A DNA stretch of 64,000 bases from Acetofilamentum sp. (GTDB taxonomy: Bacteria > Bacteroidota > Bacteroidia > Bacteroidales > DYOH01), in contig DYOH01000001.1 in the NCBI GenBank assembly GCA_020720625.1, positions 29,085 through 93,084 on the forward strand. The letters run 5' to 3'. A program made the position numbers and the translations under genes. Positions 10,336 to 20,207 of the stretch are shown here, piece after piece. The first letter of the stretch is position 1. Every line of letters starts with the position of its first letter. The notes below the pieces were generated by a model that worked only from the letters and a program-made list of their open reading frames with translations, was not told the DNA's origin and ran no database searches.

Positions 10336-10474
10336 ACAAAAATTTTATGCAAAATTAGTTTAAATATCTTGTCTGAGAATAGCTGATGCTAATTTTTAGT
10401 GAATATAAAATTTATCCTTCATCAAATACTTATATTGGCATTGCTGTTAATGTAATATACTGAAAGCCAATGAT

Positions 10475-11056
10475 TTACTTCATTGATTTTACTATTTGTC
10501 TTACTCTGGCCAATATTTCTTTTTTTTCGCTGTTTTTGAGAAAGGGAATAGACCAAAAATACTCATGGCTTATTACTTCCATTCCACAAAATTCGAAAAT
10601 ACCGTAATCAACAATATGGTTAAAATTTTCGATGAGATACATGGTATCGTAAAAATCTTTATGCAGGCCGGCTGTGGAAAAAAGATACACTTTTTTGTTT
10701 TCCAATTTTCCGTTTACCAACTGACCTTCGAAATCGAAAGCAAAACCCTTGGTAAGGGTTCTGTCGAAATAGCCTTTTATAATTGCCGGCATGCTCATGT
10801 ACCAAATGGGATAAACCACCGAAATAATATCGGCTTTTGCAATAAATTCTTGTTCTACAATAATTTCTGGAGCTATATCTTTGTTTCTGATTCGTTTCAG
10901 ATCATCATAACCCAATACCGGATTGAAATTTATTTCGAGTAAGTCTCTTAAAACTACCTGATGACCAATATTTTGAGCCTCAGTAATTAGTTCTTCCAGA
11001 ATTTTTTTTACAAAACTCTCTTTATCTGGATGTGCATAAATAATCAGATGATTCAT
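10475..11056 (-). CDS. NAD(P)H-dependent quinone oxidoreductase (flavodoxin_2 family)
   Basis: LIIYAHP..SF, YPIWYMSMPAIIKGYFDR. Confidence 0.9.
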   Translation of the reverse strand: MNHLIIYAHPDKESFVKKILEELITEAQNIGHQVVLRDLLEINFNPVLGYDDLKRIRNKDIAPEIIVEQEFIAKADIISVVYPIWYMSMPAIIKGYFDRTLTKGFAFDFEGQLVNGKLENKKVYLFSTAGLHKDFYDTMYLIENFNHIVDYGIFEFCGMEVISHEYFWSIPFLKNSEKKEILARVRQIVKSMK

Positions 11057-11078
11057 AGCGCAAGCATTTTAATATTAA

Positions 11079-11336
11079 TTATTTTGGTTCGGCATTATTA
11101 TCGTCGAACATGCTATCAATTATATCCATTTGAAGTTCGTAAAAACCTCTGGCCAAATCTATTAATGCATCTGCATCATCTTTGATTGCGGGTTGCTTGT
11201 CGAGCCAATGTATTTGCTGTTGCATATCAAACCCTTCGGTATCGCATTCTACAATAAAACGCGGACGATGTGTGTGCACCACGTATGTTTTGTCTGGTTC
11301 TTCGATGGTATCGGCTAATAGAAATTTTGGAAGCAT
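11079..11336 (-). CDS. Small acidic hypothetical protein
   Basis: 85-aa ORF (MLPKFLLAD...VVHT..PRFI) that fills the gap and is co-oriented with the downstream gene. Confidence 0.7.
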   Translation of the reverse strand: MLPKFLLADTIEEPDKTYVVHTHRPRFIVECDTEGFDMQQQIHWLDKQPAIKDDADALIDLARGFYELQMDIIDSMFDDNNAEPK

Positions 11337-11475
11337 ACTAAATATTTTAATTTTTACTAAATATATATTTTTTTATTGGTTTGTGAAAAATTAGCGTGTA
11401 ATTTTACGAATAAATTATGTTATTTAGATTTGATATAAAATAGCAATTTTTTTTAAAGGTATAAATGATAAAACC

Positions 11476-12873
11476 ATGAATAGAAAAGTACTTTTGATAG
11501 TAATTAGTGTGATATTTCTTTTTCAGTCTAGAATTTTATTTGCGCAGGAAAAACCTGTTGTCTTTAAAATGGAGATGAAGGATATGGTTGGACCTGCCAT
11601 GTGGCGAAATACGCAATTAGCAATTGAAAAAGCAAGGCAGTTAAATGCCATTTTGTTTGTAGTAGATATGAATACTTATGGGGGTTTGGTAGAATCGGCC
11701 GATTCAATAAGAACAGCCTTATTGAACTTAGAAATACCGAGCGTTTGCTTTATCAATAATAATGCAGCCTCGGCTGGTGCGCTTATAGCCATTGCTTGCG
11801 ATAGCATTTATATGCGTCCGGGGGCAAGCTTTGGAGCTGCTACAGTAGTAAACGAAACCGGCCAGGCTATGCCCGACAAATATCAAAGTTATATGCGCTC
11901 TACGATGCGGGCCACAGCCGAAGCGCATGGCAAAAGTGCTCACCTAAAAGATGGCGACACCATTTGGGTATGGCACCGCGACCCCAAAATTGCAGAGGCC
12001 ATGGTAGATTCGCGTATTGTTGTAGAGGGTCTTATAGATTCTACAAAAGTGCTCAGTTTTACACCGGGCGAAGCTATCGACAATAATTATTGCGAAGGAA
12101 CAGTAGAGTCTTTGGATGAATTGCTCCTAATTTATGGTTTTCAGGATTATGACTTGCAAGATTATGAGCTTTCAAAATTAGATAAGCTTATTGCATGGCT
12201 AATGAATCCTTATTTGCAGAGTGTTTTAATTATGATAATGATTGGTGGTATATATTTCGAGCTACAAACTCCTGGAATTGGATTTCCTATTGCAGCATCT
12301 TTGGTATCTGCTTTACTGTATTTTGCCCCCTTGTATCTCGAAGGATTAGCATCTCATTGGGAAATATTAATTTTTATTATCGGATTAATTTTGCTTGCGA
12401 TTGAAGTTTTTGCTATTCCGGGCTTTGGTGTTACTGGTATTTCCGGAATTGTACTGCTTTTTACCGGTATGGCAATGGCCATGGTACAAAACGCCGATTT
12501 TGAGTTTTCGGTTGCCTATTTTACGCCTGTTTTTAGAGCCTTTACAATTGTTGTAGGTTCCGGATTGCTAGCCTTTTTGGTAATGCTTTTTACTGCCGAC
12601 CGCTTGTTTAATAGCCCTCTGCTAAAATTTATGACTTTGCAAACCAAAGAGGATAAAGAATTGGGATATATGAGCTTTGATAGCGCTTTGGGTGATTTGA
12701 TAGGCGAAAAAGCTGTCGCAGTTACAGTGTTAAGACCGTCGGGAAGAATCAGCATAAAAAATAAATTATATGATGCTGTTTCAGATTTTGGATTTATCGA
12801 AAAAGGCACAGCCGTTAAAGTAGTCCGTTTCGAACATGGTCAACTCTATGTAGTTGTGGACGAAAAAGTTTAG
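11476..12873 (+). CDS. nfeD: Long-form NfeD membrane-bound serine protease
   Basis: ClpP-like DMNTYGG and AASAGALIA, TM region ELQTPGIG/EVFAIPGFG, C-terminal OB fold LRPSG...YDAVS..GFI. Confidence 0.9.
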   Translation: MNRKVLLIVISVIFLFQSRILFAQEKPVVFKMEMKDMVGPAMWRNTQLAIEKARQLNAILFVVDMNTYGGLVESADSIRTALLNLEIPSVCFINNNAASAGALIAIACDSIYMRPGASFGAATVVNETGQAMPDKYQSYMRSTMRATAEAHGKSAHLKDGDTIWVWHRDPKIAEAMVDSRIVVEGLIDSTKVLSFTPGEAIDNNYCEGTVESLDELLLIYGFQDYDLQDYELSKLDKLIAWLMNPYLQSVLIMIMIGGIYFELQTPGIGFPIAASLVSALLYFAPLYLEGLASHWEILIFIIGLILLAIEVFAIPGFGVTGISGIVLLFTGMAMAMVQNADFEFSVAYFTPVFRAFTIVVGSGLLAFLVMLFTADRLFNSPLLKFMTLQTKEDKELGYMSFDSALGDLIGEKAVAVTVLRPSGRISIKNKLYDAVSDFGFIEKGTAVKVVRFEHGQLYVVVDEKV

Positions 12874-12908
12874 TCAGATAAATTTTATTAAAAAAATTAG
12901 GTTTTTCA

Positions 12909-12935
12909 TGCAGCAATATAAAAACTATATCGTCT
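12909..12935 (+). promoter_or_regulatory. Candidate ECF-sigma promoter, possibly autoregulatory
   Basis: TGCAGC-N16-CGTCT ending 19 nt before the ECF sigma start; resembles generic ECF -35/-10 elements. Confidence 0.4.
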
Positions 12936-12954
12936 CTATAATAAAAAGATAAAA

Positions 12955-13545
12955 GTGAAAGAAGTGTTATTGCATAATCAATTGATTGAAAAATGCAGAA
13001 AGGGCGATAAAAATGCACAATTTCGTATTTACGAATTGTATTATAAAGCCATTTACAATACTTGTTTCCGTTTTGTAAGAAATCATCAGTTATCTGAGGA
13101 AATCATGCAGGATACATTTCTTTCTGCTTTCGATAAAATTGATCAATTTATGGGCATTGTAGCTTTCGGAGCCTGGTTAAAAAAAATTGCCGTAAATAAA
13201 AGTCTGGATAGAATAAAAGGTCAAAAAATAATTTATAGCGATTTACAGTTAAACGAATATGCGCCTGCCGAATTTACCGACGATGATTTTGAACAGCAGT
13301 ATTCAATAGAAACTATGCAAATAGTAAGGCTGGCCATAGAAATAATGCCGGAAGGATATAGAATAATATTATCGCTTTATCTTATAGAAGGATACGATCA
13401 CGAGGAAATAGCCGAACTTTTGCAAATAAAGCCGGCAAGTTCGCGTTCACAGTTGGCAAGAGCCAAAAAATATCTGATTGAACAACTTCAGTTACAAAAT
13501 TACTTTTATAATCATGGAAAACTTAAAAAAACAAATTCAGAATAA
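12955..13545 (+). CDS. ECF RNA polymerase sigma factor
   Basis: Region 2 QDTFLSAF...FGAWLKKIAVN and region 4 EGYDHEEIAELL...SRSQLARAK. Confidence 0.93.
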   Translation: MKEVLLHNQLIEKCRKGDKNAQFRIYELYYKAIYNTCFRFVRNHQLSEEIMQDTFLSAFDKIDQFMGIVAFGAWLKKIAVNKSLDRIKGQKIIYSDLQLNEYAPAEFTDDDFEQQYSIETMQIVRLAIEIMPEGYRIILSLYLIEGYDHEEIAELLQIKPASSRSQLARAKKYLIEQLQLQNYFYNHGKLKKTNSE

Positions 13546-14014
13546 TACACATTTATTCGATATTTACGAACCCGAAGCTGGACATTTAGACCGCTTTAAG
13601 AGTAAGTTGCATAAACCAAAAAGCAAAAAATCTATCTATTGGATTATTTCGGCTGCAGCAATGGTATTGCTGTTTTTTTCATTGAGTTTTCTTTTTACCA
13701 ATAATCCGGAATGGCGAAATTTACCACAACTTAGCGATATTTCAAAAGAGTATAAAGAAGCAGAATATTTTTATCAGGTAGAAATAAACGATAAACTAAC
13801 TCAGCTGGAGACTTTAAATTGTACTCTTATTACAGCAGATAGCAGTATTTATAAGGAGCTTAACGTTTTAGACCAAGAATACATAAATCTTAGACGCGAT
13901 TTGGTTATCACAAACTACGACGAACGAATTGTTAGCGCAATGATTCATAATTATCAAATCAGAATATCATTACTTGAGTCGGTTATTAAAGGTGCCAGAG
14001 AGTTTTGCTACTAG
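13514..14014 (+). CDS. Putative single-TM anti-sigma factor
   Basis: Overlaps the sigma gene end; FD..EP..GH..RF motif, one TM helix, helical C-terminus; ATG at 13514 preferred. Confidence 0.75.
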   Translation: MENLKKQIQNNTHLFDIYEPEAGHLDRFKSKLHKPKSKKSIYWIISAAAMVLLFFSLSFLFTNNPEWRNLPQLSDISKEYKEAEYFYQVEINDKLTQLETLNCTLITADSSIYKELNVLDQEYINLRRDLVITNYDERIVSAMIHNYQIRISLLESVIKGAREFCY

Positions 14015-14176
14015 CTTTTTTTGGAAATACATAAAATATGTCTAATTTAATGCTGTGAAACGAATCGTTTTGTTATAAAGACTAATCTATTTGGCTATTG
14101 CCGGAGAAATTAGGCATATTGGAAAACATGAAGTTCCATTCGACCATAAAAAAATCAGACCAAATTTCTATTTTGA

Positions 14177-16867
14177 ATGGATATATCAGCGCAACTATTA
14201 CAATCATATTCAGTCAATTTCGACAAACTCATTTATCCTGTTATACTATTGGATGGAGAATATATTATCTATTCGAATAGAGAAGCAATTCGGCTGTTTA
14301 ATTGTGATTTACCAGAGCGCCAGAAAAATTCTTTAATCTATTATGTGGATGATTCTTATATGGATTTAATGAGAAATCGATTTGAGAATCTTAAAAATGG
14401 TTTGCAAGTACCTGCGCAATTTACATTGGGAATGAAAATTAGTAATAGCATATTAGTTTTTATAGCTATTTCGTTGGATATCAGTTTAGATGGAATCAAG
14501 TATACCCACTTGGTTTTTTATCCATCGCCCGAGAAGGAAGAGATGGAGCAAAGTACTTCAGAACCTAAAACAATTGGGGCAAACCTAAACTTTTTAAATA
14601 AACTTATAGATACAATTCCAAATCCAATTTATTATAAAAATCTTGATGGCGTATACATTGGATGTAATCAGGCTTTTGTTGAGTTTATGGGCGTTGGTAA
14701 AGAAAAACTTTTAGGAAAAAAACCGCACGACATGCCATCCATAATTTTAGCCAATATTTATCACGATGGCGATATGAATCTGATTACCAATAAAAAATCA
14801 GAAATATATGAAGGTAAGGCCAGAGATGCTAAAGGAGAAATAAGGGATGTAATGTATTATAAAACTGTTTTCCACGATTCTAAAGGAATTCTTGGCGGAA
14901 TGGTTTGCACCATGATAGATATTACTCGGCAGAAAGAAGCCAGAAGAGAATTAAAAGAAAGCGAGGTACGTGTAAAACTTGCACTCGAAGCATCTATGCT
15001 CGGTTTGTGGGATTTAAATTTATCGCGGCATACAATCTATTTAAGCCCGGAATATCATATTATTTTAGGATACAGTCCAAACGAATTTCAACCTAAATTA
15101 GAAGAATGGCTTTCTAGTTTTTATGATTATAATAACAACAAAATTGAACTATTAAGCGGTTCGTTGCATACCATTAGGGAGAAAATAGATGAAAAGCAAT
15201 ACAAAGTAAAAACCAAAGATGGAAGTTTTAAATGGGTTTTGCTAAAGGGGAAAATAATTGAACAAGCTTATTCTAAATACGAATATCGAATAACTGGCAC
15301 TATTCGCGATATTTCGGCACAAAAAGAAGCAGAATTAGCTGTTCAGGAGAGCGAGATGCGCTTTAGGTCGGTTTTGGAGGCATCTAACGATGCAATTGCC
15401 ATATTGCTCAATGATATTACCTTGGTTTACTGGAATAAAAAGGCCACAGCACTTTTTGGTTATGCACAAGACGAATTATTTAAAGTTGGAGGGTTTACCC
15501 AATTATTTGCTCCCGACGACTGGCATAAATTCTACCAGATTCTATCTGGCGCAATGCTCAACTCCGAACAAACAACCGTGGAAATCAGCATGAAAAATGC
15601 CAATAATATGATTATTCCAGCATTGGTTACCATTACACCAATTCTTATTAAACGCGAAGTAAATCTTGTTCTTACAATAAAAGACCTAAGCACCGAAATT
15701 AAAGCCATGGAGGAAAAAAAGAAACTCGAAGAACAATTACGCCATGCCCAAAAAATGGAAACTATTGGAACTTTGGCCGGTGGAATTGCGCACGATTTTA
15801 ATAATATACTTACTCCTATACTCGGATATACACAAATGGCCATGTCTGATTTGCCAGACCAAAGTCCATTGCTCGAAGATTTGCAGCATGTTTATAAAGC
15901 TGCCGGCAGAGCACGCGATTTGGTAAAACAAATCCTCACTTTTAGCCGTAGATTAGAAACAGAAAAGCTCGTAATTTTTGCACATTTAATTATTAATGAG
16001 GTTGTGGGATTAATTACCGCTACAATACCAACCAATATAAGAATTAATAAAAAGATACACGCCAAAAACGACCAGGTTTTTATTGCCCCTACACAGCTGC
16101 ATCAGGTAATTATGAATATTTGTACCAATGCCTACCAGGCAATGAAAGAGGATGGAGGCGTGCTTACCATTGAACTCGATGTATTAGACCAACTCTCCAT
16201 CGAAGAAACAAGTTCAACCGGTTTGGCAAGTGGCCAATACGTTAGAATGAAAATTGGAGATACCGGAAAGGGAATAGACCCATCCATTATGAGCAGAATA
16301 TTTGAACCATTTTTTACAACCAAATCAGTAGGAGAGGGCACAGGGCTTGGATTGTCTGTTGCTCACGGAATAATAAAAGACTCAAATGGTTCTATTCAAG
16401 TAAAAAGCACAATCAATTTTGGAACAGAATTTACTGTCTATTTGCCCAAAAGCAAAGAGGAAACAACCGAGATTAAGACTTCGAAATCTGGATTTGATGC
16501 AAAAAAATACAAGGCTATTTTAGTCGACGATGATAATGATGTATTATCGCTACTTAAGAAGGTGATGCTCTCCATGGGATTTTATGTGAGCGATTTCATC
16601 AAGTCCGAAAATGCACGTCAATTTATTCAGAAGGATATACACTCGTTTGATTTGCTTATAACCGATCAGATAATGCCCGATGTACAAGGAATTGACCTTG
16701 TAAAATTGGCTAAGGAGCTTAAACCCGGAATAAAAACAATACTTATCACCGGATACAGCGCCGGTTTAACCGACGAAAATGCAAAGAAAAGCGGAGTTGA
16801 CAAATTTTTATTAAAACCAATAATTATTGATAATTTTGCTGAAACCTTAGCGCAAATATTTAGTTAA
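14177..16867 (+). CDS. Cytoplasmic multi-PAS hybrid histidine kinase (PAS-HisKA-HATPase-REC)
   Basis: Three to four PAS/PAC units, H-box AGGIAHDFNN, IFEPFFTTK..GEGTGLGL, receiver DDD...TDQIMP...KP; no TM helix. Confidence 0.93.
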   Translation: MDISAQLLQSYSVNFDKLIYPVILLDGEYIIYSNREAIRLFNCDLPERQKNSLIYYVDDSYMDLMRNRFENLKNGLQVPAQFTLGMKISNSILVFIAISLDISLDGIKYTHLVFYPSPEKEEMEQSTSEPKTIGANLNFLNKLIDTIPNPIYYKNLDGVYIGCNQAFVEFMGVGKEKLLGKKPHDMPSIILANIYHDGDMNLITNKKSEIYEGKARDAKGEIRDVMYYKTVFHDSKGILGGMVCTMIDITRQKEARRELKESEVRVKLALEASMLGLWDLNLSRHTIYLSPEYHIILGYSPNEFQPKLEEWLSSFYDYNNNKIELLSGSLHTIREKIDEKQYKVKTKDGSFKWVLLKGKIIEQAYSKYEYRITGTIRDISAQKEAELAVQESEMRFRSVLEASNDAIAILLNDITLVYWNKKATALFGYAQDELFKVGGFTQLFAPDDWHKFYQILSGAMLNSEQTTVEISMKNANNMIIPALVTITPILIKREVNLVLTIKDLSTEIKAMEEKKKLEEQLRHAQKMETIGTLAGGIAHDFNNILTPILGYTQMAMSDLPDQSPLLEDLQHVYKAAGRARDLVKQILTFSRRLETEKLVIFAHLIINEVVGLITATIPTNIRINKKIHAKNDQVFIAPTQLHQVIMNICTNAYQAMKEDGGVLTIELDVLDQLSIEETSSTGLASGQYVRMKIGDTGKGIDPSIMSRIFEPFFTTKSVGEGTGLGLSVAHGIIKDSNGSIQVKSTINFGTEFTVYLPKSKEETTEIKTSKSGFDAKKYKAILVDDDNDVLSLLKKVMLSMGFYVSDFIKSENARQFIQKDIHSFDLLITDQIMPDVQGIDLVKLAKELKPGIKTILITGYSAGLTDENAKKSGVDKFLLKPIIIDNFAETLAQIFS

Positions 16868-16872
16868 ATATT

Positions 16873-17238
16873 ATGAGTAAAATATTAATCGTCGACGACG
16901 ACCTGGAGATTTCGGGCTTACTTTTGAAACTGCTTAGCAGGAAAAATTATGAGGTGTTTATTGCTTCATCGGGAGCCGATGCCATACAAATTTTTAACTC
17001 CAATCAAATTGATTTAATTGTAACAGACATTGTAATGCCCGAAATCGGTGGCCTGGAAGTAATTCGCATTGTAAGAGGAATAAATGAGTCGCTGCCCATA
17101 ATTGCAATGTCGGGGGGCGCACTAATAAATTCGGGAACTTATTTAACTATGGCAAAGCAATTAGGGGCAAAATATGCTTTTCAGAAACCCTTTGATTTGA
17201 ACGAGTTTTCGCTTGCAGTGCAAAGTTTGATAGGATAA
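16873..17238 (+). CDS. Single-domain response regulator
   Basis: ILIVDDD, TDIVMP, MSGG, QKPF. Confidence 0.93.
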   Translation: MSKILIVDDDLEISGLLLKLLSRKNYEVFIASSGADAIQIFNSNQIDLIVTDIVMPEIGGLEVIRIVRGINESLPIIAMSGGALINSGTYLTMAKQLGAKYAFQKPFDLNEFSLAVQSLIG

Positions 17239-17254
17239 GCTAAGTGGGCAAATA

Positions 17255-19543
17255 TTAACTAAGTAGCTCAATTTTATTTTCTAATTCTATAATTCCGGTA
17301 TTTACGGCAGCAATCAAATTACTCAGATATTCCGGATAGCTATCGGGTTCTTCTGATTCCTTTGCTTTTAACTCAAGGGTTTTCATTTCTGTGGCCATTT
17401 CGTTCATACCCACAATGGTAAGCGATGATTTTGTTTTATGTGCTATTTCGCTAAGCTGCTTATAATCTTTGTTTTGCAATGCAGTTTCCAATTCTTTTAT
17501 GTAGATAGGAATTTGCTCTTTAAAAAGAATTACCATTTCTTTTATAATTTTTATATTACCCCCCGACATGGTTTGCAGGTAGCTAAGATTGGTTATAGAG
17601 ACTTGGTTTTTTGTGCTATTTATCATATTACTATTATCATCACTTTTATAGTTTGAAAGGATTGCCGAAATAAGTTCCTCCTCGGAAAATGGTTTTGAAA
17701 CAAATTTATTCATTCCCACGGCAAAAGATTTATCGATTTCCGCTTTTGTTGCAGCGGCGGTTAAGGCAATAATTAATGTGTCTTTATTTTCCGGCGAATA
17801 TTCTCTAATGTGTTTGGCAACTTCAAATCCATCCTTCACGGGCATGTGCAAATCCAGCAGAATAGCGTTAAATTTTAGCGAATCGGAGGCCACAATTGCT
17901 TCGCCGCCATCGTTGGCGACTGTAAGCTTAACTTTATATTTTTTTAATATCTCTTTGGCCACTAGTTGGTTTAGTTTGTTGTCTTCGGCCAATAATATAT
18001 TCATTTGTTGCATTTGATTGAGCAAGCTTTCGGTTAATATAAATTCATTTTTTTCAATCACAGGTTCATCAGATAGCTCAAAAGGTAATTCAATGGTAAA
18101 AACCGATCCGGCATCAACTTTGCTTTTCAGGTATATTTTGCCTTTCTGCAATTCTACCAGTTGTTTCGATATAGATAAGCCTAGTCCGGTTCCACCATAT
18201 TTTCGGGTGGTTTCGGTACTTTCTTGCTGAAAACTTTCAAATATGGTTTGCTGTTTTTCGGGTTTAATACCTATACCGGTATCACTAATAATGAACTGAA
18301 GCAAGGTATAATCTGTTTCGGCATAGCTAGAAATTACATCTAAACTTACGCTTCCTTTTTCAGTAAATTTAATTCCATTTCCAATAATATTTAACAAAAT
18401 CTGATTCAAACGAATAGGATCTCCCAGCAAATGATTATTCACATTGTCATGTATCAGGTATTTTAGTTTAAGGCCTTTTTTATCGGCGCTGTATTTTAAA
18501 GTATTAAAAACCTGTTTCACAATTTTGTTTAGTTGGAAAGGAATATGCTCAATTTGAATATTCCCGCTTTGAATCTTCGAAAAATCGAGAATATCGTTTA
18601 TGATAACCAATAGATTTTCGGCAGATACTTTGATATTTTTCAAGTATTTTAATTGCTCAACTGTTAAGTTGCTATCCATTAGTATATTGGTCATTCCTAA
18701 AATCGCATTCATCGGAGTTCTTATTTCATGACTCATGTTGGCCACAAACTGTTCTTTAATTTTAACCAGCTCTAAGGCTTCTTCTTTGGCAGAAACCAAT
18801 TCGTTATTTTGTATTTCGATATGCTCGAGCAAATTATTTACATCTGTGGCTAATTTACCCACTTCGTCGTTAGTCTCAATTAATGCTCTTAATTTAAAAT
18901 TGTTGTCGTTTTTTACTTTACTAACAAGTGTTTGAAGGTTTAGCAATGGACTTGTTATAAATCCCTGAAGCTTAAGAGTTAATAAGAATGCAATTAACGA
19001 ACTGCTAAATATTACAATGAGAATAATTTTGATGTATTGCCAGAGTCTTATTTTTATTGGCAAATGCGATTGTATATAAATTGCTCCAATAATATCTTCA
19101 GAGAAATGATTAATATCGCGAAATTTAATCGATTGAAATACGTTTATTGTATTTCCGTCTACCCAACTGGTATCAATGTTTCTTACTGTGAAATCAAAAT
19201 TTTTGATATTGTTTTCTTCTATTGCATAATCGGCAAAGAACTTAAATTTATTGTATTCAGCGTTAATACTAAAAATGGTAACATTTTTTATTACAGGGCT
19301 ATTTTTTATAGAAGAGAGATAGGCTTGTGCATTAAAAATGTCTTCAAAAAATATGACCGCCGAGTTACTTTCTCCAAACACTTTTGCAAAAACGCTCAAT
19401 TCCGAAATCTGATTTTTTATAAAATTACGATAATCTATGGTGAGAAAAGCAAATGTGGCAGTGATAAGTGTGAAACCGCCAATAAAAGTAATTAGCAGAA
19501 TTATTTTTAGTCTGATGGATAAATCTTTAAAAAGCTTTTTCAT
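17255..19543 (-). CDS. Membrane hybrid histidine kinase (CHASE8-like sensor, HAMP, HisKA, HATPase, REC, Hpt)
   Basis: Two TM helices flanking a YfiN-type periplasmic domain; MSHEIRTPMN; YGGTGLGL; LLAEDN..NQ/DLHMP; Hpt AHKTKSS. Confidence 0.92.
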   Translation of the reverse strand: MKKLFKDLSIRLKIILLITFIGGFTLITATFAFLTIDYRNFIKNQISELSVFAKVFGESNSAVIFFEDIFNAQAYLSSIKNSPVIKNVTIFSINAEYNKFKFFADYAIEENNIKNFDFTVRNIDTSWVDGNTINVFQSIKFRDINHFSEDIIGAIYIQSHLPIKIRLWQYIKIILIVIFSSSLIAFLLTLKLQGFITSPLLNLQTLVSKVKNDNNFKLRALIETNDEVGKLATDVNNLLEHIEIQNNELVSAKEEALELVKIKEQFVANMSHEIRTPMNAILGMTNILMDSNLTVEQLKYLKNIKVSAENLLVIINDILDFSKIQSGNIQIEHIPFQLNKIVKQVFNTLKYSADKKGLKLKYLIHDNVNNHLLGDPIRLNQILLNIIGNGIKFTEKGSVSLDVISSYAETDYTLLQFIISDTGIGIKPEKQQTIFESFQQESTETTRKYGGTGLGLSISKQLVELQKGKIYLKSKVDAGSVFTIELPFELSDEPVIEKNEFILTESLLNQMQQMNILLAEDNKLNQLVAKEILKKYKVKLTVANDGGEAIVASDSLKFNAILLDLHMPVKDGFEVAKHIREYSPENKDTLIIALTAAATKAEIDKSFAVGMNKFVSKPFSEEELISAILSNYKSDDNSNMINSTKNQVSITNLSYLQTMSGGNIKIIKEMVILFKEQIPIYIKELETALQNKDYKQLSEIAHKTKSSLTIVGMNEMATEMKTLELKAKESEEPDSYPEYLSNLIAAVNTGIIELENKIELLS

Positions 19544-19664
19544 CCGTATATCATTTTTTGTTGAAGCAAATTTGAAATGCCATGCAATTATTTTTTTATA
19601 GTTATTCCCTTTTATTCAGGCACATATTTCTACTTTCTGAAATCATTTAATTTTCATCCTTTTC

Positions 19665-20207
19665 TTATTTATTTGTTGAAATAACTTTTGCTACCGATAG
19701 TAGTCTGCTATCAATGATTAAGCCATTTTCGCGAGCCTGCACATAGTTTATTTCAAATTTTTTATCTGTCGCATTCTCGTTAAAGTTAATAATTCCTCCA
19801 TTCTCGCAAAAATTTTTGATATTATTACCAATAGTAAGTATGGGGTGATTTTGGCTAATTTTTAAGACTTGAGCAATTATTTCAGCATCTAAGGTATTAA
19901 TAAAAACGATGTTGCAACTTAGAATTTCCTCAGGTTTTTTTATATTTGTGATTATCCAATTATTGGGAACTTTGCTTCGGGCTTCAAGCATTTGTTTTAG
20001 TACATCTCCAAAAATATCTTCTCCTATAATTCCCATCACAACATTTTGATTTTGTACTTGATTTGGCCATACTATAAATTTGGTGAAATTTATGATGTAA
20101 CCAGCTTTAACCTGCTCATTGGTAAAAGTTTGCGCTCTGGCATTTTCTGCCAAGGCGCAAAAAATGAAGATAAGAAATACCAAATATATTTTATTCAATT
20201 TTTTCAC
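19665..20207 (-). CDS. YfiR family periplasmic protein (DUF4154)
   Basis: EQVKAGYIINFTKFIVWP, GEDIFG, CNIVFI, GGIINF, FEIN...GLIIDSRLL. Confidence 0.9.
   Translation of the reverse strand: MKKLNKIYLVFLIFIFCALAENARAQTFTNEQVKAGYIINFTKFIVWPNQVQNQNVVMGIIGEDIFGDVLKQMLEARSKVPNNWIITNIKKPEEILSCNIVFINTLDAEIIAQVLKISQNHPILTIGNNIKNFCENGGIINFNENATDKKFEINYVQARENGLIIDSRLLSVAKVISTNK

Noticed and set aside
19565-19582. Sigma-54-like TGGCAT...TTGC upstream of the CHASE8 kinase (minus strand)
   Set aside because: GG-to-GC spacing is 2 nt too long for a -24/-12 promoter.
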